Shown here: positions 35,510-43,826 of the stretch, piece by piece
Position numbering within the stretch: position 1 is the stretch's first letter
How the letters are laid out: every line of letters starts with the position of its first letter
From: an uncultured Gaiellales bacterium
Lineage (GTDB): Bacteria > Actinomycetota > Thermoleophilia > Gaiellales > Gaiellaceae
NCBI GenBank assembly: GCA_964468985.1
Contig: CAYXXE010000001.1
Coordinates: forward strand, 4,581 to 68,580
DNA: 64,000 nt
Direction of reading: 5' to 3'
Position numbers and translations under genes: made by a program
The notes under the pieces: model-generated
Told to the model about the DNA's origin: nothing
Databases searched by the model: none
What the model saw: only the letters and a program-made list of their open reading frames with translations

Positions 35510-35531
35510 ACAAACAATCGTTTGGTGGTTT
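35510..35531. promoter_or_regulatory. operator-like palindrome CAAAC-N4-GTTTG, copy H (perfect half-sites)
   Basis: ACAAACAATCGTTTGGTGGTTT is identical to 7167-7188. On the minus strand, TTGTAA, a 17-nt spacer and TAGGCT form a plausible promoter for the cupin gene that overlaps the site. Confidence 0.6.
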
Positions 35532-35713
35532 TGACAAAACCCTGGCGGCGGTGCCGAGCCCGTCAGTCGCGGTCGTGCTGACGAGGTGGCGTCGCAGCGG
35601 CCGGGTCGGTGGGCGGCGGAGCACTCATCCAACCGCGACCTCCGGCCGCAGGAGGGAGTCACCTCTCAGTTGTGTGCGAGTTGGGTGCTCAACTTCGTGC
35701 GCATACGGGCTGT

Positions 35714-36859
35714 TCAGGCGCCGAGTTCGAATGACGTGCGGAGATTTTCGGTTGTTCCAGTCTCGGCGGCGCGGTAGCCAGATTCGATGATCTCGATCAC
35801 ATGCCGGGCGTGTTCGGCGGTGACTCGGGTCGGGGCGTCGTCCCTAACCCAGTCCACGAGTTGCATGACGTCTTCGTAGACGTGGGATTCAGGAATCGTT
35901 CGATGTTGGCCGACGACGTGGGGGAGAACCCGCATCTGGGCGTCCCAGTCTGTCACCGGGAACGCTGTTGTTTCCTCGTCGCCGGGGAATTCGAATCGTT
36001 CGCCGTTGAGGAGGACTCCATCGATCGTGCCGCGCGTACCAAAGTAGACTGCTGCGCCGAACTGTTCGGAGATCGAGCCGGCCGCGGTGCCGTGCACAAC
36101 TGCAAAGCGGCTGTCTCCGAAGTCGACGAGGAGGATCGTGTTGTCGTCGGCTTCGGTCGCGATGGCAACGCCTTCGAAGAGGTGCTCTCGGATCCGGACC
36201 CCGGACATCGCTGAGACGCGGAGCGCCGGGCCGAGGACACTCGTGAGTTGGTGGAGGGCATAGACGGTCATGTCGTACATCGGTCCTCCGCCGGGCGTTT
36301 GGAAGTACCACGCCGGATTGATCGTCGCGCCGCCCGGCGCGTTCAAGCGTTCCGGCTCGTCTTGCTCGTGGTAGTTCTCGAACGCGCCTCCACAGATCGC
36401 CCAGGCGAGGTCGCCGATCGCTCCCTGCTCGATGAGTTCGCGCGCCCGTCGAAGTTGGGGGCGAAGGATCTCGCCAGGGGATGCGACGAGCCGAAGACCA
36501 TTTGCGGCCGCCAGGTTGATCAGCTTGTCGGCTTCCTCGACGGTAGTACAGAGCGTCTTATTGACGTGCACGTGCTTTCCGTGTTCGAGCGCGAGTCGGC
36601 AGTGCTCATAGTGCAGCCCGATCGGTGAGGCGATCGTCACCGCGTCGATCGTCGGGTCACTGAGAAGTTGCTCGACATCGGGATACGCACCGGGTATCCC
36701 GTACTGAGTGGCTGTCGCACGGAGGCGATCTGTGACCGGGTCGCAGATCGCTCGTAGACGAATCTTGTCGTGCGTATCGGGCTGGCTGAGGTGCGGGAGG
36801 AGGCCACGCAGCGCGAGCGCTCCAACTCCGACAATGCCGAGACCTAGCGGCTGTGCCAT
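35714..36859 (-). CDS. Gfo/Idh/MocA family NAD(P)-dependent oxidoreductase
   Basis: LGLGIVGVGALALRGLLPHL is a Rossmann N-terminus, with EHCRLALEHGKHVHVNKTL. AAGGAG lies 11 nt upstream of the ATG. 381 aa. Confidence 0.88.
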   Translation of the reverse strand: MAQPLGLGIVGVGALALRGLLPHLSQPDTHDKIRLRAICDPVTDRLRATATQYGIPGAYPDVEQLLSDPTIDAVTIASPIGLHYEHCRLALEHGKHVHVNKTLCTTVEEADKLINLAAANGLRLVASPGEILRPQLRRARELIEQGAIGDLAWAICGGAFENYHEQDEPERLNAPGGATINPAWYFQTPGGGPMYDMTVYALHQLTSVLGPALRVSAMSGVRIREHLFEGVAIATEADDNTILLVDFGDSRFAVVHGTAAGSISEQFGAAVYFGTRGTIDGVLLNGERFEFPGDEETTAFPVTDWDAQMRVLPHVVGQHRTIPESHVYEDVMQLVDWVRDDAPTRVTAEHARHVIEIIESGYRAAETGTTENLRTSFELGA

Positions 36860-36909
36860 CTACGGACGGGCTCCTTCTGATCGATGATGGAAGGACTCAA
36901 CGGTCGGGC

Positions 36910-37686
36910 TCACGCACCGGCGAGGCCGCCACCGTCGACAATCAATGGTGCGCCTGTCATGAAGCTCGCCTCGTCCGAGACGAGGAACAGGACACAGTTC
37001 GCAATCTCGCGCGGGTCGGCGATCCGGCCGAGCGGATTCGACTTCGCGTACTCAGCACGCATCGCCACCGGGTCTGCTTCCCGGGCGAGGAAGGTGTCGG
37101 TGAGCGCTGTGTCGACGACCCCAGGGCAAACACAATTGACTCGGATGTGTCGCGGTGCGAGTTCGAGCGCGAGTGAGCGGGTGAGCTGAAGCAGCGCGGC
37201 CTTCGACGCGCTATAGGCCGCCGCATTGATCCGCGGCAGAATCCCGTTCCCGGAGCCCATGTTGACGATCGCACCGCCGTCGTTCATCAGCGGGATAGCC
37301 GCGCGACAGAGCTGGAAGACCCCCGTCACGTTGACCTGGAACGCCGCGTTCCAGACGTCATCAGACGTTTCGACGACAGGCGGCTCGCTGGGTTCGTCGA
37401 CCCCTGCGTTGTTTGAGAGTGCGTCGATCGGGCCTAGCGCGTCGTGGGCTGCGCGTAGTCCGTCGGTGATCTGATCGGGTTTCGTCTGGTCGAGTTGAAG
37501 CGTCAGCGGGGTGATACCTGTTACTTCGCGGACGAGGGCGGCGGTGTTCTCGGCGTGCGACCGCGTCCGTGAGCTGACTGCGAGGGTGGCTCCTTCTTCG
37601 GCGAGTCGGACGGCGACCGCACGTCCGATACCCGATCCGGCTCCCGTGACGAACGCGACCTTGCCCTCAAGGCGTCCCATTGTCAC
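36910..37686 (-). CDS. short-chain dehydrogenase/reductase (SDR)
   Basis: Motifs: GKVAFVTGAGSGIGRA, NNAG, YSASKAA. The GTG start overlaps the GntR stop (GTGA). Confidence 0.9.
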   Translation of the reverse strand: MTMGRLEGKVAFVTGAGSGIGRAVAVRLAEEGATLAVSSRTRSHAENTAALVREVTGITPLTLQLDQTKPDQITDGLRAAHDALGPIDALSNNAGVDEPSEPPVVETSDDVWNAAFQVNVTGVFQLCRAAIPLMNDGGAIVNMGSGNGILPRINAAAYSASKAALLQLTRSLALELAPRHIRVNCVCPGVVDTALTDTFLAREADPVAMRAEYAKSNPLGRIADPREIANCVLFLVSDEASFMTGAPLIVDGGGLAGA

Positions 37687-38474
37687 CCGCTCCTCGCGCG
37701 ATGTGCTGTCTGTTCGTCGCCGGCACGCGTCAGCGTCGCGCGGAACTGGTAGCGATCCGCACGGTAGGTGATCTCCCCGATCTCGACCAGACGGCCGCGG
37801 GCGTCGTATGACATGGTGGTACAGACGATCAGTGGCGCGCCGACCGCGACGGCGAGCCTTTCGCTGGCTGTTTCTCCTGCTGAGATCGCACTGACGACGA
37901 CGTCGGCAACCACCGGAGCAGCGTCGGCCTCGGCGAGCGCGGCATAGATCGAGCCGTCCGCGAAGTTCATCTTCGTCAGGCTCGGTGCGAGGGAGATCGG
38001 TATTCGCGTCCGATCCACCGCTACAGGGTTCGAGTCGAGCAGGCGTAGGCGCTCGAGTTCGAAGACGAGATCCTCGAAGTCCGTTGCGAACACGCCCGCC
38101 TCCTCGGCTGTCGGCAGGCGGAGTCCCTCGTTGAGCACCTGCGCGGACGCGGTGAGTCCTCTGGCCGCGGCGAGCTCGGTGAAGCTCATCAAGGCGTTGG
38201 GCGGTTCAGCTAACGGCCCATCGCTGACGAACGATCCGAGTCCGACCGTCGATTCGACGACGCCTTCGGTGACGAGGCGCCGCATCGCGCGCCGGACCGT
38301 CGCGCGGCTTACGCCGAGCTGTTCGCAGAAGCTCCGCTCGGTCGGTAGGCGGTCGCCAGGTTTGAGGCGCCCGCTCTTGATCGCATCGGAGATGGCGTCA
38401 TAGACCTGGAGGTAGAGGGGGTCGGGCGCAGCAGCGATTTGGGCGGTGGTAGCGAGACGCGGGCCGCTATTCAT
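37683..38474 (-). CDS. GntR family (HutC/UTRA subfamily) transcriptional regulator
   Basis: LYLQVYDAISDAIKSGRLKPGDRLPTERSFCEQLGVSRATVRRAMRRLVTEGVV is the GntR winged helix, and the C-terminus is UTRA-like. Its start shares one base with the upstream stop (TGATG). Confidence 0.9.
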   Translation of the reverse strand: MNSGPRLATTAQIAAAPDPLYLQVYDAISDAIKSGRLKPGDRLPTERSFCEQLGVSRATVRRAMRRLVTEGVVESTVGLGSFVSDGPLAEPPNALMSFTELAAARGLTASAQVLNEGLRLPTAEEAGVFATDFEDLVFELERLRLLDSNPVAVDRTRIPISLAPSLTKMNFADGSIYAALAEADAAPVVADVVVSAISAGETASERLAVAVGAPLIVCTTMSYDARGRLVEIGEITYRADRYQFRATLTRAGDEQTAHRARSG

Positions 38475-39331
38475 CAGGCCGCCTCCGCGAAGGAACTGGA
38501 GGCGGTGAGCGCTGCTCCAACGACACCCGCTCGGCTTCCGAAGGAGCTTCGAAGGAACGGCAGCTGGCAGGTGTCCGAAGCCCAGATGTGTGACCTCGCT
38601 GAATTCTCGAGTTCTGCCCAGTACGACTCGGCATTGAGCGCTAGTCCGCCTCCGACTACGACCGCTTGCGGGTCAAGCAGGTTGACTGCGAACGCGATTG
38701 CCGCGCCCGCCGCTCGCCCGCCACGTTCGATTGATTGCCGTGAGTGGGTGTCACCGGCGAGGGCCGAACGTGCCACGGCAGCCGCAGACGGCGCGCCCAG
38801 TTGGAGGGCGATTCCTGTTCCGCCGGCGATCTGTTCGCTGGCGGGTGGTCCGGCGCCGATCAGGATGGCGTTTCCGCGCGCACCGGCATAAGGGACTCCG
38901 TCCAGCACGAGGCATGAGCTGAGGCCGCTGCCGGCGTTGACATACAGGAAGCTCGCAAGGCCCTGGCCAGCGCCATGGAGCGCCTCTGCGCGTGCCGCGG
39001 CGCGGACGTCCGACTCGATCTGGGTTGGGCCGATGTGGGCGAACGCTCCCGGAATGTCGAGGTTGCGCCAGTCGATCGAGACGTGACTGGTGATCTCTCC
39101 CTCGAGGTTGACGAGTTCGCAGACGCCGATACCGACAGCTGCGACTTCGTGATCCGATGCCAGACGATCGGCCTCTCGCACGCAGTCAGCAAGTATGGCG
39201 TCCCCGCCGCGCTCGGCCGCAGTCTCGACCGTGCTCGCTGAGAGCACGAGAGCGTTCTCGGGGTCGACGATTGCGAATGCGAGCTTCGTCGCGCCGACGT
39301 CGACCCCGAGAACTGGCCTCAAGCTCTCCAC
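38474..39331 (-). CDS. ROK-like / ASKHA-fold sugar kinase family protein
   Basis: LGVDVGATKLAFAIVD is the phosphate-1 motif, with IGVCELV and YVNAGSGLSS. I did not see the ROK zinc CxCGxxGC motif. The GTG at 39331 overlaps the upstream gene by 13 nt; the TTG at 39322 is an alternative. Confidence 0.75.
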   Translation of the reverse strand: MESLRPVLGVDVGATKLAFAIVDPENALVLSASTVETAAERGGDAILADCVREADRLASDHEVAAVGIGVCELVNLEGEITSHVSIDWRNLDIPGAFAHIGPTQIESDVRAAARAEALHGAGQGLASFLYVNAGSGLSSCLVLDGVPYAGARGNAILIGAGPPASEQIAGGTGIALQLGAPSAAAVARSALAGDTHSRQSIERGGRAAGAAIAFAVNLLDPQAVVVGGGLALNAESYWAELENSARSHIWASDTCQLPFLRSSFGSRAGVVGAALTASSSFAEAA

Positions 39332-40197
39332 GCAGGTGCGACGCCGAAGATCGCTTTCACGATTCCGTCGCTGATGTTGTGGTACTCGTGCTCTGTCCCT
39401 TGCGGACAGTAGAAGCCATCGCCCGGGTTCAGTTCGAGCCACTCGAGTGACCCGTGGTGTGAGGTGCGCACGTTGAGCACACCTTCGAGAACGTAGAGGC
39501 ATTCGTCGCCGCCGTGGCTCTCAGGTGCGCTTCGCTTGCCGGGTAGCAGGCTCAGGGTGCCGACGGTGAGATGCTCAGTACTGACAACGATCCCGACGAG
39601 AGCGTCACCGTCTCGGCGCCAAAGAAAGTCGCTGACGCGGCGATGGTGAAGCGTCGCATCGGGCAGCGGCTTCGACCACGTCCCGAGCAGGCTGTCGTCC
39701 CCGTAGCGTGATTCCTCGAGCAGGGGAAGTGTTTGCGCGTATTTGCGGGACGTTCCGGTTGAGGGTGGAGGGGCGAAGAATTCGAGAACGCGTAGCTGCG
39801 TCAGGCTGTCCGAGAAGATGTGATGCCAGGTGTCGCGACGGAACAGCACGGCTTCCCCGGGCTCGACGACACGGACCTCGCCGACCTCGGGGTTTGCGAG
39901 CACGAGCCTTCCCTGGAGGACGTAGTACGTCACGTCCGCTCCGAAGACAGTTCGGTGCGCGTTTGAGTGGAGACACTTTCCGCCCGGTGGGAGCGCGTAT
40001 ACCAGCATGTGGAGCTTGTCTGTGGAGGCGTAGATCCAGTCGGCCACCTCGCCCGATCCGTCGTCACCCCAGAGGTACCTCGTCACGTCCGCATATGGAA
40101 TCGCAGCCGGGCCGTCGAAGGTCGGCCGCGGCGATCCTGTCGCGACTACGTCGGCAAGCGGCGGGTCGGGTTGCTGAGGCTCGGCTCGGATGGTCAT
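39319..40197 (-). CDS. bicupin protein (two cupin barrels)
   Basis: 292 aa with two repeats of the cupin pattern: YYVLQGRLVLANPE...GEAVLFRRDTWHH and LYVLEGVLNV...GDGFYCPQGTEHEYHN. Confidence 0.7.
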   Translation of the reverse strand: MTIRAEPQQPDPPLADVVATGSPRPTFDGPAAIPYADVTRYLWGDDGSGEVADWIYASTDKLHMLVYALPPGGKCLHSNAHRTVFGADVTYYVLQGRLVLANPEVGEVRVVEPGEAVLFRRDTWHHIFSDSLTQLRVLEFFAPPPSTGTSRKYAQTLPLLEESRYGDDSLLGTWSKPLPDATLHHRRVSDFLWRRDGDALVGIVVSTEHLTVGTLSLLPGKRSAPESHGGDECLYVLEGVLNVRTSHHGSLEWLELNPGDGFYCPQGTEHEYHNISDGIVKAIFGVAPAWRA

Positions 40198-40252
40198 TGG
40201 GCCGACAGTGAACCGACTTTTCTCGTGCTCGTCAAGCCCAATCAGATACCAA

Positions 40253-40268
40253 AGTGCTCTAGACAGAG
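40253..40268. promoter_or_regulatory. candidate HutC/GntR-type operator
   Basis: AGTGCTCTAGACAGAG has the central TCTAGA core of dre-like GntR/HutC boxes. It is flanked by direct CCAATCAG repeats at 40238-40245 and 40271-40278, in the divergent bicupin/binding-protein promoter region. Confidence 0.3.
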
Positions 40269-40354
40269 ATCCAATCAGGCGTTATGCTCGCCACTTCTCG
40301 GAGGGCCGCTAGTCCCCGACGAGCGTTCTTACCCCCAAAAGGAGGGTTGTCGGA

Positions 40355-41962
40355 ATGTCGAACGATGAGTGGCAGCGAGGGTTCACGCGGCGCGAAGTAC
40401 TTGCGCGTGGCGCGGCTCTCGGCCTAGCCGCGGGCGCAGCCGGTGCAATGTCCGGGCCGGCAGGGGCCGCACTTCGCGCTGCCGGCGCTACGCCGAAGCC
40501 GAAGCTGGGCGGGACGCTTCGGGTTGCGCTGCCGGGTGGGAGCGCCAGCACCGACAACCTCGACCCAAACAGCGCTGGCGGCTCGCCGGAGCTGTTCCAG
40601 TCGGCCCGTGAGCTTAGCTTCTCGAAGCTCACGGACATCCAGCCCGACGGCAGCTATGCGTTGCAACTGGCCGAGTCGCTCGAGCCGAACGCCAACGCCA
40701 CCGTGTGGCAGGTGAAGCTCAAGAAGGGAGTCGAGTTCCAGGACGGCCAACCCCTCACGGTCGACGATGTCATCTGGACGTTCAAGAAGATCCTCGCCGG
40801 CGCGAACGGCGCTTACGGCGCAGCCGCCGGCAACATCAGCATGGTCGACCCGACGGGCTTCAAGAAGATCGACAGCCATACGATGACGGTAAAGCTGATC
40901 CGGCCCTGGTCGGACATGGCCTCAGCATTCGGCCAGCGCTACCTGTCGATCGTCAAGAACGGTTCGCAAGCCCCCTACACGCTTCAGAACTTCATCGGCA
41001 CAGGCGCGTTCAAGCTGACGAGTTGGACGCCCGGCGCGCACTACACGTACAAGAAGAACCCCAACTACTTCGAGTCGGGCAAGCCGTACCTGAACGGCCT
41101 CGACATCGTCGGCATCCCCGATCCCGTCGCCCGGGTGAATGCCCTCGTCGCCGGCCAGGTCGACGCCATCGCCAGCGTTCCGGCACCGCAGGTCGCCGTC
41201 CTCAAAGGCGCGGGCCGCAACATCATCGTCAATCCCGGCGGCTCGTGGGACCCGCTGATCATGTTCACCGACACCGCGCCGTACAACGATCCGCGCGTCC
41301 GCAAGGCGATGAAGCTACTGATCGACCGCCAGCAGGCCGTCAAGTCGGCCGTATCAGGCTACGGAGAGATCGGCAACGATCTCTTCGCTCGGCACGACCC
41401 GCTCTACGACTCGTCGATCCCGCAACGGCAATACGACCCAGAGCAGGCCGCCTCGTTGTTGAAGGCCGCGGGCAAGAGTGGGCAGCAGTTCACGCTCTGG
41501 ACAACTGACGCCATCTCCGATGCGCAGTCACTGGCCCTGGTTTTCGCGCAGGGGGCGAAGAAGGCCGGCATCAAATTGAACCTCCAGACGGCGCCGGCGG
41601 CGACGTTCTGGGACACCACCTGGGGTGTGCAGCCCTTCACGTTCAGCTCCTGGGGCTACCGACCCTTCTACGCGCAGTGGTTGCAGTCGTATGTCTCGTA
41701 CAACGCGCAGGAGACGCGCTGGCACGACTCGAGCCAGGCCAGGGCGTCACGGATGGTCTACAAGGCCGCCGCCACCTCGGACACCGCGAAGCAGAGGCAG
41801 CTCACCGCGGATGCCCAGCAGTTGATGTGGGACGACGGCGGGTACATCATCCCGTACTTCATCCAGACGATCGACGCAACGACATCGCATGTACACGGGG
41901 TCGTGCCCCATGTCTTCCCGTTCCTCAGCTGGTATCAAATGTGGAACTTCTGGCTCGACTGA
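40355..41962 (+). CDS. ABC transporter substrate-binding protein, family 5 (Dpp/Opp type), Tat signal
   Basis: AAAGGAGGG lies upstream. The N-terminus FTRREVLARGAALGLAAGAAGA has a twin-arginine motif. 535 aa, typical family-5 size. Confidence 0.9.
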   Translation: MSNDEWQRGFTRREVLARGAALGLAAGAAGAMSGPAGAALRAAGATPKPKLGGTLRVALPGGSASTDNLDPNSAGGSPELFQSARELSFSKLTDIQPDGSYALQLAESLEPNANATVWQVKLKKGVEFQDGQPLTVDDVIWTFKKILAGANGAYGAAAGNISMVDPTGFKKIDSHTMTVKLIRPWSDMASAFGQRYLSIVKNGSQAPYTLQNFIGTGAFKLTSWTPGAHYTYKKNPNYFESGKPYLNGLDIVGIPDPVARVNALVAGQVDAIASVPAPQVAVLKGAGRNIIVNPGGSWDPLIMFTDTAPYNDPRVRKAMKLLIDRQQAVKSAVSGYGEIGNDLFARHDPLYDSSIPQRQYDPEQAASLLKAAGKSGQQFTLWTTDAISDAQSLALVFAQGAKKAGIKLNLQTAPAATFWDTTWGVQPFTFSSWGYRPFYAQWLQSYVSYNAQETRWHDSSQARASRMVYKAAATSDTAKQRQLTADAQQLMWDDGGYIIPYFIQTIDATTSHVHGVVPHVFPFLSWYQMWNFWLD

Positions 41963-42007
41963 GCCACAATCGGTGAGCATCGACGCAGCGCGCAAAGCAA
42001 ACGACTG

Positions 42008-42943
42008 ATGGCACGCCTGGTCGGGTTACGGCTCCTCGCGGGGCTGGCCACGCTTCTCGCTGCGTCGATACTCATCTTCGCTGTCATCCAACTCCTCCCC
42101 GGTGACGCCGCAACGGCGGTTCTTCAGCAGCAGGCGTCGAACAAGAAGGCACTTGCTGCACTACGGCACTCCTACGGCCTCGATCGTCCGGCGCCGATCC
42201 GTTACCTCAAGTGGATCGAAGGGGCTGTCCGGGGCGACTTCGGTAGGGCGCCCGCGAGCGGGGTTCCGGTCACGACGCTGATCGGAACCCCGCTCCGCAA
42301 CACCGGCATTCTGTTGGCGGTCACGCTGGTGCTAATGCTTCCGCTGGCGATCGTGATCGGCGCCGCCTCGGCCCTGCGACGCCAAGGCTGGCTGGACGGG
42401 GTCGTGCAGACGATCGTTCTGGTGTTGGCGTCGCTGCCATCGTTTGCTGTCGGCATCGTTCTGATCCTGACGTTCGCCTTCCTCTGGAAGGTTTTTCCGG
42501 CGGTGTCGTTGACGATCACACCGCGGAGCCTCGTCCTCCCCGTCGCTACGCTCGTGCTCGGCTGGGTGCCGCTGACGGCACGCATGGTGCGGGCGGGCGT
42601 CGTCGGGGTTCTCGACTCCGACTACGTACAGATGGCGCGGTTGAAGGGAATGCCGGAGCCGTCCGTGGTCAGGCGGCACGTCCTGCCGAACGCGCTGGTG
42701 CCGGCCGTCCAGGCGTTCGCTCTCACCGCGGCCTCGATGCCCGCCGGGATCGTGATCGTCGAGTATCTCTTCGCGTTCCAAGGGATCGGCTACACGCTCG
42801 TGCAGGCGGTCGAGAACCGCGACACGGCAACGGTCGAGGCGATCACGCTGATCTTGGTGGTCGTCTACATCGTTGCGAACCTCCTGTCCGATGTCGCGAC
42901 GGTAATGCTGACGCCCCGCCTCCGAACACAGACGTTGGGTTGA
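42008..42943 (+). CDS. ABC transporter permease (DppB-like)
   Basis: MARLVGLRLLAGLATLLAASILIFAVIQLLPGD is a typical DppB/OppB N-terminus. 311 aa. Confidence 0.9.
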   Translation: MARLVGLRLLAGLATLLAASILIFAVIQLLPGDAATAVLQQQASNKKALAALRHSYGLDRPAPIRYLKWIEGAVRGDFGRAPASGVPVTTLIGTPLRNTGILLAVTLVLMLPLAIVIGAASALRRQGWLDGVVQTIVLVLASLPSFAVGIVLILTFAFLWKVFPAVSLTITPRSLVLPVATLVLGWVPLTARMVRAGVVGVLDSDYVQMARLKGMPEPSVVRRHVLPNALVPAVQAFALTAASMPAGIVIVEYLFAFQGIGYTLVQAVENRDTATVEAITLILVVVYIVANLLSDVATVMLTPRLRTQTLG

Positions 42944-42944
42944 A

Positions 42945-43826
42945 GTGAGGATCTCGTTCAGGCGCATTGGCCGGGCAGTAGGTAGCTGGTGGTCCGACCT
43001 GACGGTGACCGCGCGTGTCGGGGTCGTCCTGCTCGCGCTGCCGCTCGCGGTCGCTGCCTTCGGGCCATTCTTCGCCCCGTATCCGCCCGATCAGATCAGC
43101 GGCTCAGCGTACGGAGCGCCTTCGTTGCACCATCCCCTTGGGCTCGACTTCGTCGGTAGGGATGTTCTGAGCCGGTTTCTGTGGGGCGGTCGCACGTCAA
43201 TTCTCATCGCCCTCGTCGGTACCTCCGTCGGCTATGCGATCGGGATCCTCGTCGGCGTCGTCTGCGCATACCGCAGCGGCTGGGTTGACGAGCTTGCGGG
43301 CCGCGTGACCGACCTCGTACTTGCGTTTCCCGCCCTGATCCTGGCACTCCTGCTCCTGGCCGCGTTCGGCACGAGTATCGAACTGGTGGTGGTCGCGATC
43401 ATCGTTACGACCGCGCCGGGAGCGATGCGGATCTCGAGAGCCGCCTCCCTCGAGATCGTCGACCTGCCTTACGTCGAAGCCGCGAAGGCACGAGGTGAGG
43501 CAATCTCGTACATCGGCCGGCGCGAAATCCTGCCGAACATCCGCCGCCCGCTGCTCGCTGACTTCGGTCTGCGGCTCACCGCCGCGATCCTGCTTGTCGC
43601 TGCCCTGAGCTTCCTCGGCCTCGGGCTCAAGCCGCCGGCTGCCGACTGGGGGCTGATGATCGGCGAGAACCGGGTGGCGCTGACAATCCAGCCGTGGCCA
43701 GTCGTCGTGCCCGTTCTGGCGATTGCGTTCATCACAATCGGGATCAACCTGACCCTCGACGGCTACCGTCGCCGCACCGGCATCTGGCGTTCCGGGGATT
43801 CGGCAGGGGAGGTCCGTGTTGTCTGA
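42945..43826 (+). CDS. ABC transporter permease (DppC-like)
   Basis: HHPLGLDFVGRDVLSRFLWGGRTS is a DppC/OppC motif. The GTG start is 1 nt after the upstream stop. Confidence 0.9.
   Translation: MRISFRRIGRAVGSWWSDLTVTARVGVVLLALPLAVAAFGPFFAPYPPDQISGSAYGAPSLHHPLGLDFVGRDVLSRFLWGGRTSILIALVGTSVGYAIGILVGVVCAYRSGWVDELAGRVTDLVLAFPALILALLLLAAFGTSIELVVVAIIVTTAPGAMRISRAASLEIVDLPYVEAAKARGEAISYIGRREILPNIRRPLLADFGLRLTAAILLVAALSFLGLGLKPPAADWGLMIGENRVALTIQPWPVVVPVLAIAFITIGINLTLDGYRRRTGIWRSGDSAGEVRVV

Noticed and set aside
719-35531. KstR/KstR2-type steroid regulon operators
   Set aside because: The recurrent palindrome has AAC-N4-GTT spacing, not the KstR TnnAACnnGTTnnA pattern. I also saw no KstR2-like AnCAAGnnCTTGnT sites, so I do not call this a kstR regulon.
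34816-35790. 324-aa plus-strand ORF spanning the terminator region and the cupin gene
   Set aside because: It runs through a 13-bp hairpin and through operator copy H, and is antisense to the cupin gene. It is Arg/Pro-rich with no motif.
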